Shown here piece by piece: positions 40,583 to 64,000 of a stretch of 64,000 nucleotides of DNA. Origin of the DNA: the human T2T-CHM13v2.0 reference genome, Homo sapiens. The stretch is taken from the NCBI RefSeq assembly GCF_009914755.1, contig NC_060943.1; one strand, given 5' to 3'. The position numbers were made by a program, and so were the translations under genes. How positions within the stretch are numbered: position 1 is the stretch's first letter; each line of letters begins with the position of its first letter. The notes below the pieces were generated by a model. The model was not told the DNA's origin, ran no database searches, and saw only the letters and a program-made list of their open reading frames with translations.

Positions 40583-41781
40583 TACATTTAAATGACTTGA
40601 GTCAATAAATCCCCCTTACCCCAGTTTTTAATCTAAGTCTGTTTGCATTGTGTCTCTTGCAATTTAAAGAATTCTGATAGATACCCCTGGGCTATCCCGT
40701 CCATCTGGAATGGCCTCCCCAGCCCACCACATTCATTAGCCTGACACACTCTGGCTCACCTCCCACCTTGACCCAATGCTTCCTCCTCTGGGAAGGCTTC
40801 CGTGATTCCATAGAGCAAACCTAAGGGTGCCTATTTCACTCCGAACATTCCTCCCTGCAGCATTCATCTGGCACCGTGACGATTGTTGATTTCTGTGTTG
40901 GCTGCCCTAGATTGTTCGTTCCTGAGGGGTGAGCACTGTGGTCTCTTCGTGTTTGTGTTCCCAGCCCTGACCCCAGCAGCATCCAGTAAATAGCTGTTGT
41001 GTTGAATGAACCAGTAAGTGAATGATTAAATAGTAAAAAGTGTTGCCTTCCTCTGACAATGGATTTATTTTTAAAAAGGGTAAGAAAAACAAAAGGCTGT
41101 ACCACTGATGGTGGCTGCAGGGCTCATGCATGCATTCTCTCCTCTGATTAAATAGCAGGCAAGGTGTGTGGGAAGGGAACAGAGGGACCTCAGAGACAGG
41201 CAGATAAACGAGTGGGTGGCTCTTGCCAGCAGTAAGCCTTTCTTTCATCTGCTGTATGGCCAACCCCTGCCCCCAGTGCCCACTTGCCAGGCTAATCTCC
41301 TCTGGATCCCCAGAAACAATAAGAAATAATTTGTCTGAGGGGGGAATCGGATGGGAAAGGGGGAGGAAGATATGTCCATTCCATTCCAGCTGGCTCCAGC
41401 TCTCCCCCACTGCTCCCTGAGCTAGCCGAATGCATCTTCTAATTTAGTTCATTCTTCTCTTCCTAGCCATTGGTAATAGACCCACACAGAACACTTGGAA
41501 TTTAACCATCCTTCCTCCCCATAAGAGAAAGGGAGAGTGAGAAGATATGCAAAAGAGACATAGAAAGGGGAAAGAAAAGAAGGGAAAAGATAAAAGAAGA
41601 ATGATCACAGTAATGGCTAAGAAATATCATTCTTACTATGCGCCAGGCACTTAGCTGACAACCTAACATGTATTAACTCAATTCATTCTCCTTGAAACTG
41701 TATGGGATAGGTTCCAGTGTTATCCTTATTTTACAAATGAGAAAGAGGAGCAAAAATAAAGTAGAGGACAAGGTAGGGATT

Positions 41782-42060
41782 TTTGTTTTTTCAGAGACAG
41801 GGTCTTGCTCTGTTGCTCTGACAGGCGTGCAGCGGCACGATCATAGCTTGCTGCAGTCTCCATCTCCTGGCAAGTGATCCTTCTGCTTCAACCTCCCCAG
41901 GCATGCACCATCATGCCAGTCTGAGTTTTGTTTGTTTGTTTGGTAGAGATAGGATCTGCCTTTGTTGCCCAGGCCGGTCTCGAACTCCTGGCTTCAAGAA
42001 ATCATCCCACCTCAGCATCCCAAAGTGCTGGGATCATAGGTATGAGCCACTGAGCCCAGG
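41782..42060 (-). mobile_element. Alu (AluJ, degraded)
   Basis: Antisense dimer; TSD acaaggYaggRatttt. Confidence 0.88.
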
Positions 42061-42850
42061 CAACAAGGCAGGAATTTTTTAAAATCTTTCTAAATGAAGG
42101 CACTGGTGGATCCCCAGCTCTGGAACACAAAACAGAGTAGGTGCTCACTGAACAATACTGAATGAAGGTTTGAAAGAAATCCTAGCCCATACTGTAAAGA
42201 CATCATCATCAACATCATCACCCATTACTAAGTGGAAAAGAACATGTTATAAAGCAACAGATAGGTAGGAGATGAATTTTGCTTATCTTTATACATGGAT
42301 GGGAAAAATTCTGCAGGACCATTCACCAATAGTGGGGATCATCTTGCAGGAGAAATCAGAGATCAACTCAAACACGTCAAAAACATTGATTTAGGCCTGG
42401 CTTGGTGGCTCACACCTGCAATACCAGCACTTTGGGAAGCTGATGTTTTTATTCACACTTAAAACTAGGAAAATGTCAATTGTCCATGGCCAAGAATTGT
42501 GCGGTGGGGTGGGGAGGCAGGAGAGATCCATTTATTGGAAGTTCAAAAATAAGAATAAGTTAGACATCAGAATAATGGGGTATAGACTCAGAAGGGGTGC
42601 CAAGGCACCTTGCTGGGGGGTCAGGGTTGTTCTCCATCCAGATGTGGGTGATGTTCACTAGTTGTATACATCTGTAAAAATTTGTGGTGCTCTGAACTTA
42701 AAGTATATGCATTTTTATACATCTTGTCAAATGTATCTTGACATCCCAATTTTTAAAAACTTTTAAAATGCAAAATATTTTTGAATTATCGACGAGCACA
42801 ATGGCTTGGCTGGTAGAAGGCTGCTGCTGGAGACTGTAAAAGGCTAACGC

Positions 42851-42913
42851 CCCAGGTTGTACCGTGGGCCCATGTTGTACCGTGGGCCCATGTTGTACCG
42901 TGGGCCCAGGTTG
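42851..42913 (+). repeat. 18-bp tandem repeat, 3.5 copies
   Basis: cccaKgttgtaccgtggg. Confidence 0.95.
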
Positions 42914-43315
42914 CTTGTCGCCCCTGAGGAGGAAGGAGTTAGCTCATCCGTGCCAGCTCCCTTCCCATGACAACAGGAGAGTGCAGCACTTAGAGACACT
43001 GGTCTCAGCACTTTTTAATCTGAGAGCTTTGGAAAAGCCTCCGAGTCGGGGGAGGAAGAGGAGAGCTCTCAGAAGAACTGGCTGGCAAGATGCTGGGGTG
43101 GTGGAAAAAAAAGATGCTTCCAAGGCAAAAAAAAAAAAGGATTAAGAACCAGCTCTGATGGGATCTGAATACACTGCCTTGGAGGCTGGAGAGATTTCCA
43201 CCCATTTCTGCCTCCTCTAGAGAAAAGGCAAAAAAAAAAAACCCTCCAGAAATGCAACATTTAAGCTTCACTAACAAACCCCGCCCCACCACCACCACCA
43301 CCAAAATGAAAATAG

Positions 43316-43657
<342 letters not shown>

Positions 43658-44239
43658 TTAACCCTCTAAAGAATATTTATCCAGAAAGCATTCCCAAGAA
43701 AACTAGGTACAAATACTAGATCAGCCTCACAAAGAAAACACACATATATTTTTGTGTTCCATGACTGTCTAGTTGGCTGGCTTGGGTGCGGGCAGGTATC
43801 CCAGGGTCCAGATACTACACCTATAGAACTGTCATCTAACCAGAAACACAAAAATAGAGGCAGATTTCTCTGTTCTTCAGCGCTCAAGTGCTACACCACT
43901 AAGATTTCAAGACTAGGAACTGGCTTTGCTCCTGGAAATGAACAGAAAAGGAACTTTTAGGCTAACCCAGGGAGAAAGACAGTTATGATTGTGAGCGTGA
44001 AGTTATCCGCAAGTGAATTATGCACTTTATGAGTAAAGGTTGTAAGTTTTTGTCCTTGATCAGTCACCTTTGCCACTCCTGGATGTAGAAGAGAAAGGTG
44101 GTGTCTACCAGCGTCCTGGGCATGGGATGGACTACATTTCCCAGATGCCCTTGCAATTCTGTGTGGTCATGTGACCAGGGAAATGGGAGAGGTTGCAGGT
44201 GCCTGTTTCAGATCTGGATTAGGTAGATAGTTACCACAA

Positions 44240-45736
<1,497 letters not shown>

Positions 45737-45754
45737 ATTTATTTATGAAATGAC

Positions 45755-46830
45755 CCGAGAAAACACCAGTAGGGCAGAAAGGAAGTGAGACAAGGAATCG
45801 AAGGCAGCCAGTGAGTGGTGTGTTGTTGAACCAGGTACCACTGTGGGCACCTGGGACTGAATAACACTGGTGAGTTCTGGGAAGCAGAGTGGAACATAGA
45901 CCTTGGAGGCATCCACCCAAGTGGGAGGGAGCTGGAGTATTTAAACACCAACCCTCAGTAGTCATTGTTGGGCCTGCTCCCCAGCACTTCAGGCTTGCCT
46001 TGGTTGCACACATAGAGAACTTTGGCTGCCAGGACATAAAGATGCAGTTGCTGTCAGCCGAGAATTGGGCTGGAAGGTATAGATATGGGAAGTGCCAGAA
46101 GGATGGCACGTGGAATATCTATAGTATCAGCAATGGCAGAACCACACAACAGAAAGAACCTGGGCTCCTGAATGACTGCCTGGAGCAGAGCCACTGTCAT
46201 CAACCTAGACCGTAGCAACTTGAACTGTAACAATTGAGAGGAAAATACTCCCACCCTCTTTAAGGCATTGAAATATTAATAGTATTGGGGTTCTTTGTTA
46301 ACAGCAGCCTAGCCTTATCCTAACAGATATATCAGCCTTTTTTTCTACTGAGCCTGAGAGCTGCAATTTCAGAGAGAAGAGCACCCAACATTGAGGATTT
46401 GCAGTTTTGATGCATCATTTCACTGAGTGTTCCTGAGAAGCCTCTGCCAACTCATTTGGTAGCCCACCAATAATAACCCCTCAGTAAATTTTGAGGGAGG
46501 GAGTACACCCAAAAATGCTGGAAGTTAACACCCCTGGAAACAATTAATGTCCTCAACCCATGAGTAATGAGAATTGTTGGATAAATACCCCAGCTCCCTC
46601 ACCTCTAAAGTAGGATGCCTGAGGTCTATGCTATCCTCCTCCAGTGCTTCCTGATGGGGCTGAGCCCCAATTGCCCACAGTGATGACTTAATAACATACC
46701 ATTCACTAGCTACCTTCCCTTCCCTTCCCTCTTTCACTTCCCCTCTCGCCTATGGGTATTTCCTGGAGTAACCTCCCAAATGACTATTCGCACTTGAATT
46801 CTTTTCTCAGAGTCTGCCTCAGGAGACCCC
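45755..46830. mobile_element. Mosaic of LTR33-, MLT1- and LTR16-like fragments
   Basis: ggagctggagtatttaaacacc; aagaacctgggctcctgaatgac; ggataaataccccagctccctcacc. Confidence 0.6.
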
Positions 46831-47329
46831 AAACGAAGCCTGGGGATAAATTATTATCACCTTTAATGCACAGACCAGGACACATAGAAAGACCACAGTC
46901 ATCCCAGGTTATGCAGCAAGGAGGTAACATAGCTGAGACCCAAATTCCCATCTTGACTCCAGGATTCAACCTCTTAACTCCATTGCTGTCCAGCAAGCTG
47001 GACTTCTCCACAAGGGAATCCTCCCCCGTCAAGCACATTTATGGGTAAAGCCACCCTCATCATCTCTTTCCCACAGGCTTGTGACTGTCCAGGCTTTAAA
47101 TATAAATTTGGCAAACATTTATTAAGCACCCACAGTATACCAAGTACTAACACCACATTGATTCATTGACCCTGCTCTCAAATAGCTGAAGGTCAAACTA
47201 GGGAGCAAATATTTGAAGGGAGAAACACCAAACCAACTGGGAGGTTGTAATCATGGCTGCTGCTCACTGCTCAGGCTGTTACAATGGTGGAATATACCAC
47301 ATAAGTTCATAGATAGCCACTGTCCTGAG

Positions 47330-48303
47330 TTATGATGGTTAATTTTGTATGTGAATGTGACTGGGCTATGGGATGCCCAGATATTTGCTTAAACATGATT
47401 TCTGGGTGTGTCTGTGAGGGTGGGTATTAGCCCGTTTTCATGTTGCTGATAAAGACATACCAGAGACCGGGTAATTTATAAAGAAAAAGAGGTTTAATGG
47501 ACTCACAGTTCCACATGGCTGGGGAGGCCTCACAATCATGGTAGAAGGCAAAAGGCACATCTTACTTGACAGCAGACAAGAGAGAAGAACCAAGTGAGAG
47601 GGATTTCCCCTTATAAAACCATCAGATCTCATGAGACTTATTCACTACCATGAGAACAGTATGGGGCAACCACCCCCATGATTCAGTTATCTCCCACCGG
47701 GTTCCTCCCACAGCACATGGAAATTATGGGAGTTACAATTTCAAGATGAGATTTGGGTGGGGACACAGCCAAATCATATCAGGGTGATTCTGAAAGAGAT
47801 TAGCGTTTGCAGTGGGGGACTCAGTAAAGCAGATGGCCCTCCGCAGTGTAGCTGGGCATTGTCCCATCTGTTGAGGGGCTGAATAGAACAAAAAAGTGGA
47901 GGAAGGTTGAATTAACTCTGCTGGACTGCGGAGCTGGGACATCAATTTTCTCCTGCCCTTGGTGCTCCTGGTTCTCAGGCCTTCAGACCTGGACTGGAAT
48001 CAGCCCTCTGGTTCTCAAGCCTTCAAAATACACCACCAGCTTTCTTGGGTCTCCAGCTTGCAGATGGCAAATCAGGGGACTTCTTAGTTTCTATAATTAC
48101 ATGAACCAATACCTTATAGTACACCCTCTCCTACATGTATACACATGTAAGGCCAACAGGATAAATATAGACATAGACGTGGATATACACGTGGGTATGA
48201 ATAGACATAGATGAAGATGGACATAGGCATAGATGGAGATGGAGTTAGAGATATAGGCTTCATCCTATTGTTTCTGCTTCTCTGGAGAACTTTGATTAAT
48301 ATA
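47330..48303. mobile_element. MLT2 (ERVL) LTR with nested THE1 LTR (~47422-47781)
   Basis: MLT2 tgatggttaatttt...ctctggagaac; THE1 gctgataaagacatacc...cagccaaatcatatca; TSD gggtg. Confidence 0.88.
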
Positions 48304-48393
48304 TGAGTACCCCTGAGGGCCCCCCACCTGCTCTCTGGGTCCTTCCTCCAAGCCACCCTAGACCTCCTTTTGACCCATCAAATAAAGGGATAG

Positions 48394-48764
48394 GGCCAGG
48401 CGTGGTGGCTCACACCTGCAATCCCAGCACTTTGGGAGGCAGAGGCAGGCAGATCACCTGAGGTCAGGAGTTCAAGACCAGCCTGGCCAACATGGCGAAA
48501 CCCCGTCTCTACTAAAAATACAAAAATTAGCACAGCATGGTGGCTCATGCCTGTAATCCCAGCTAGTAGGGAGGTTGAGGCAGGAGAATCACTTGAACCT
48601 GGGAGGTGGGGGTTGCAGTGAGCTGAGAATTCTGGAATTCTAGAATTCAGTTCTGGAATATAGAATTCCTAGACCAAGGTTTCAACACGCCACTTCACTC
48701 CAGCCCGGGTGACAGAGCAAGACTCCATCTCAAAAAATAATAATAATAAAATAAAAATAAATAA
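48394..48764 (+). mobile_element. Alu (AluSx) with ~60-bp foreign insertion
   Basis: Full dimer interrupted at 48628-48686; TSD aaataaagggatag. Confidence 0.95.
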
Positions 48765-49133
48765 AGGGATAGTTCGGGCACTCAGGAAAACCCTGGGCTC
48801 CCAGTCCCTAGCTATGGGCCATGTGCACACTGATGGGCTGATGCCTGTGCCAGATCTGATTATCATAGAGATGCATCCTCAGTGGGGAGGACAAGGAAGG
48901 CGTCATCCGCTTTACCTGAGCTGGTCAGGTAAGGCCCAGACTAGGTTGTTTTTTTATTAATCCAGAAAACAGCAACCTATGGTGGGTATAAAGCTCTTTG
49001 GGGGGGTGATAAAAATGTTACGAAATTAGATGGTGTTGTTGATTATACAATCTAGAACGTGCTAAAAACCACTGAATTGTACACTTTAAAGGGGTGAATT
49101 TTAAGGTATGTGAGTTATAGCCCAATAAAGCTG

Positions 49134-51575
<2,442 letters not shown>

Positions 51576-52049
51576 CATGCCAAGCCATATTGCATCCTGA
51601 GGCCAAAGGAAAAATCTGAAATACTGATCTTGCTTTTATTGAGAAAGTTGATATTTTTGCTCATCATGGATTTTTGCATTGATTTTTATTTCTGAAATTA
51701 TTGTACTAAAATGTTATTTACCTTGATCTCTGAATTTGTTGGTACTCTTAGAGTTTGTGCCTAACGTAAGCACCTCCCCTACCTCACCCCAGTCCTGGCC
51801 CAGTCTGGCTTGCTTCATGATTTTCAAAGTCTGCAACAAGTGGCTTCCCCACCACATGTGCAAATTCTCCCTCCACCCTTGGATGGGATTTGTTTAGGCC
51901 CAGAAAGTTTAAAGGAGCTGTGGTGTTTTGTTTTGTTTTGTTTTGTTTTGTTTTGTTTTGTTTTAATCTGCCTCTGCCTAGGTCACTGGCTTCATTTCCT
52001 CCTTCATTGAGGCTGTTCTTCCTGCCTTCTTTGAAGACTTTTGCTTTTT

Positions 52050-53960
<1,911 letters not shown>

Positions 53961-53961
53961 T

Positions 53962-55090
<1,129 letters not shown>

Positions 55091-55422
55091 TCAGTCCTGC
55101 CTGGATCATTCTGCTCACCTTCCATGGGCTTCCTGTCCCATGTAGATGGCCACCATCTTGCTAAGAACTAGGGAAGGTAGAGTGAGAGCTGGAGAAGAGG
55201 GAATCGATCCAGTATTAGAAGAACCATCCAATGAGGTTATTTTGGAAAGAGCTATTTTAACCTGCTACCCACTTTGATACACATGGAAAATATCTCAAAC
55301 TACAGGGAAGATCTGAATGTGACAGATCTCATAATCAGTGAGAGGGATAAATAGGAAGTACTTTCATAGCACTCACTATATACCTGACACATCACATTTA
55401 TTAGCTAACCTTATGAGATTGA

Positions 55423-55870
<448 letters not shown>

Positions 55871-56218
55871 CTCTCCCTTCTTTGACCTGCTCTGCTATAG
55901 CTGCCTCTATTACTAGTATTGCTATAATAATATTATTTATTATTCTAATAATCATAATAATATTAACCACCATGGATATTGAACACAAATCATTATTTGA
56001 TTGTAGCACCTATCCAGCCCTGCATGATCTGGAGAGACTTTATTTACTGTGCATCAGACACTGGTCTGATTTCCATCTGGGGTGATGAAACTGTTTTGGA
56101 ACTAGAGGTGATGGTTGCACAACATCATAAATATACTAAATGCCACTGAATTGTTTGCTTTAATATGGTTAACTGCATGTTATGTGAATTTTACATCTTT
56201 TTAAAAATTCTAAATCAA

Positions 56219-56858
<640 letters not shown>

Positions 56859-56927
56859 TTGAAATCAAATCATGTTACTCCCCTGCTTCAAACCTCCTAT
56901 GGCTCCCCATTGCACTTAGAAAAAACA

Positions 56928-57427
56928 AGCACACATATATTCATTGCAGCAGTATTCATGATAGCAAAGATATGGAATCAACCCAAATGTTCATCAATAA
57001 CAGACTGGAAAAAGAAAATGTGGTACATACACACCATAGAATACCATGCAGCCATAAAAACGAATGAGATCATGTCCTTTGCAGGGACATGGATGGAGCT
57101 GGAAGCCATTATCATTATCCTCAGCAAACTAAAACAGGAACAGAAGATCAAACACCACATATTCTCACTTATAAGTGGGAGCTGAACAATGAGAACACAT
57201 GGACACAGAGAGGGGAAGAGCACACGCTGGAGCCTGTCATCGGTGGGAGGAGGAGAGAGAGCATCAGGATAAATAGCTAATGCATGCTGGGCTTAGTACC
57301 TAGGTGATGGGTTGATAGGCACAGCAAACCACCGTGGCACACGTTTACCTATGTAGCAAACCTGCATGTCCTGCACTTGTATCCCAGAACTTAAAATAAA
57401 ATTAAATTTAAAAGAAAAAGAAAAAAT
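56928..57427 (+). mobile_element. L1PA/PB 3' end within an L2 remnant
   Basis: L1 ORF2 C-terminus (WNQPKC...KKMWYIHTIEY) and 3' UTR. Confidence 0.9.
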
Positions 57428-57785
57428 GACCCAGCCTCTCCATGCTGGTCTACAGGAGTCTACATAATCTGACTCCTACCAACAGCATCTTCTACTTCTC
57501 TCCCCCAACTCATCCCATTCCATCCTCACCAGCCTCTCTTCTGCTCCTAAAACATATCAGGGTCATCGCTGCCTCAGGACCTTTGCACTTTCTGTTCCCT
57601 CAGCCCGCAACACCTATCCTTGCATCCTCAGTGGCTGCCTCCTTCTCCCCATTCAGGCATCACTGCCATCTCTTGAGAGACCTTCTCTACCCAACTGCTC
57701 ACCCCTCCTTAGCCCATCTCATAATGACCCCTGAAAACATCTCTCTTCAAAATAATCTGAAATGATGTGCTTACTTTTGGGCTTA

Positions 57786-59612
<1,827 letters not shown>

Positions 59613-59769
59613 GCACTTGCTGTCCACTGAAAGCGCCTACTAGCAGCTAGGACCCAATGCCGGGGGTGCAGGAATTCCTCTTCCAGGCCCAGAGCCCAGC
59701 CCACAGCCAGGGTGGCCTTCTGGTCATGCAGATGGAGCAGCAAGAACGGGGGTGGGCAAAAGGGGGCGA

Positions 59770-60990
<1,221 letters not shown>

Positions 60991-61399
60991 TGGGCAGCAC
61001 CTTCTATTCAGTCCTTCGCCCTCGGTTGGCATGGCATCTCTGCTCCTCGCCCCACTTGGAATACCCAGAGACCACTGGCCGGGGAGAAGGAGAAGAGCAT
61101 CCAGGAAGGCTCTTGGCCACCTTATCTGACACTGCCAAGGTAGCTCCTCCCCAGGGCTCCTTGAGCCGCTCACCAGCTTCAGTTTGTTAAATTTAGCTCA
61201 GATTCCTTTGCTCTGAGTAAATTGCGTCTTTGCAAAGGAGCAGAAGAGGACTAAACCTGTTTACAGTGTTTGAAACCCACTCACTAAAATATTTTGCAAC
61301 GATCACAATAATGACTCTGATTTCCATGCCGGCCGCCTCTCAGGAGCTGGGGTTGGTGCAGGGACCAAGGGTGCCGCCTGGCGTGGCATGTGAACAACT

Positions 61400-61750
61400 G
61401 CACGCTGAGCTCAGGCAAACCTGGGTTCAATCCCAGCTCTCCAACTGACCTGCCGGGGGGCCTTTACACGTGGCTTTTAATGCATCCCATAAATGGTATA
61501 TCAGTGATTCCCCATCTCACCGGCTTTCTGTAAAAAGATTAAGTGAAATGCTGGAGGCTGAGCCACTACAACTGGCAAAATTTAAGAGGACAATAGGTTG
61601 GTGGTTACAGGGCACAAGATCCAGAGTCAAGCTGCCTGGGTTCAAATGCCACTTGTACCCCATATGACCTAGGACAAGTTACCTAGTCCCTCCGTGCCTG
61701 AGTTTCCTCGTCTGCTAAATGGGGATAATGCTAATGGCTAACTCATAGGC
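61400..61750. mobile_element. Two MIR remnants
   Basis: cctgggttcaatcccagctct; agtttcctcgtctgctaaatggggataat. Confidence 0.75.
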
Positions 61751-61801
61751 TTCTTGCTCCATTCTTGATTGTTTTCCTACTTATCTTTTGGTTTCAGCTC
61801 A

Positions 61802-62217
<416 letters not shown>

Positions 62218-62289
62218 TCATTGGGACAGTCTATGGCAATGATTTTGAATTCATTGAGGGCACTGACTATAATGTATTCATCCATATAT

Positions 62290-62925
62290 GCCTGATGGAT
62301 AACACAGGAGCTGATCCACATCAACCCCTCTGACTTCATTTCCCATCACTCCCACCTCACTCACCTTGTCCCAACCAACACCAGCTGTCTTGCTGATACT
62401 CAAAACACACCAGGCACATTCCTGCCTCAGGGCCTTTGCACTTGCTGTTCTCTCTGCTTGGAACTTCCTTTCCCAAGAACTTTGCATGGCTGGCTCATCC
62501 TCTTCATTAAGCACTCAATTCAAATATCAGTTCACCAGATGAACCACCCCTAACCACCTTTTCTTAGGTTCTCCTGTTTCAGTCACGTTTTACCCCATCG
62601 CAGTGTTATTGTCAATCTCACTGCCTCAAATTATTGTATTATCTATTTACTAGTATATTATCTGTTTTCCCTTATAAAATTTAAACTCCATGAGTGTAAA
62701 GTCCTTGTCTGATTTGTTCTCTGCCTCCAAAGTGTTCAGTGATAAGTTGGTGAGGTGATGGGTATGTTAATTAGCTTGATTGAATCTTTCCATAATGTAC
62801 ACATAGGTTGAAATATCACATTGTAGCCCATGAATATATACAATTGTTGTTTGTCAATTAAAGTCATTTTTAAAACTGCTTGATGAATCTCTGTTGAATG
62901 ATTAATGAATGAACCTCATCCACTT
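62290..62925. mobile_element. L2 remnant with short L1MA tail (~62740-62870)
   Basis: cctgcctcagggcctttgcacttgctgttc; gaggtgatgggtatgttaattagcttgatt. Confidence 0.75.
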
Positions 62926-63564
62926 CCATCCCTTCTATAACTATGTCTATGTAGCACTTACTGTGTGCCAAGCACTGTTCTAAGTAATTTGCATGTATTA
63001 ATTAATTTGATGCTAACAATCTCTCTGAGAGGTAGGTGATGCAATTATCATCCCCATTTCATAGTTGAAAAAAACTGAGGCACAAGATGTTGGTCCAGTA
63101 ACTGGTATACAAGCCAATGAAATCTGGATTTGGTATCAGAAGTGGGGTGCCGTTAAATGCACTAAGATTACAAAGCTGGTAAGACGTTGGGCCAGGATTT
63201 GAAGCCAGGCACTGTGGCTCCTGAGCCTACAGGCTTAGTCACTCTGTTCAATTTCTCACAGTTCCCCAAACACTATTTCTACCCACTTTTAGTCTCTTCT
63301 GCTCTATTCCCCAATTTCTTATAGCCTCCTAGGCAACTCCACTTTGACTCTCCCCAAACTAGAAATCTCAGATTTCCCTTTGAACTCACCTGTTCTTTCA
63401 CTTCCTAGATGAAGTGGTACTTAACTTGTTTATAATTCAGGGAGCCTGTAAATTTGGTTGGGAAAATTCGCATATTCATTACAGCCTCTAGCTGTAATTA
63501 TGCATGGAGGCAACAAATTGCAGCAATATTAGCAGTGTTCATGACACCTGTGACTTTGTCATCA

Positions 63565-63930
<366 letters not shown>

Positions 63931-64000
63931 AGAAACCACATTTTTATTATGTCACATTGTAATTATTGCAGATATCTTGAAACTCACTTACTCTCATGAC

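Noticed and set aside
56859-57185. L1 ORF2-like peptides (also 20317-20565)
   Set aside because: C-terminal remnants of 5'-truncated, non-autonomous L1 copies.

Overview
Primate (catarrhine, probably human) non-coding DNA made up mostly of interspersed repeats. I count about 60 Alu copies or arms (J, S and a few Y-type, roughly 30% of the window). Also present are several 5'-truncated L1 3' ends, L2 and MIR remnants, MaLR/ERVL/ERV1 solo LTRs (MST, THE1, MLT1, MLT2, LTR9-like, LTR47-like, MER21, LTR16/33-like), DNA-transposon fossils (Tigger, MER2, MER33, MER58, MER5A) and many simple repeats. I find no credible protein-coding exon, RNA gene, CpG island or CRISPR array. The longer ORFs in the track come from Alu, L1 or low-complexity sequence, and I cannot name the locus. 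I do not see a new gene system. The best signals are structural: (1) a rare SVA2-type retroposon with a clean 15-bp TSD; (2) a perfectly homogeneous 33-bp hairpin-forming VNTR that arose inside an Alu linker; (3) three Alu insertions flanked by ~95-210-bp duplications instead of normal 7-20-bp TSDs; (4) five templated-insertion or fold-back scars, one copied from ~1 kb away; (5) a 41-bp LTR-derived tandem array with an 82-bp higher-order period; (6) an LTR9-like solo LTR with two perfect octamers and a YY1 site. Repeat subfamily names come from my recall of consensus sequences and need RepeatMasker/Dfam confirmation. Most boundaries are approximate.
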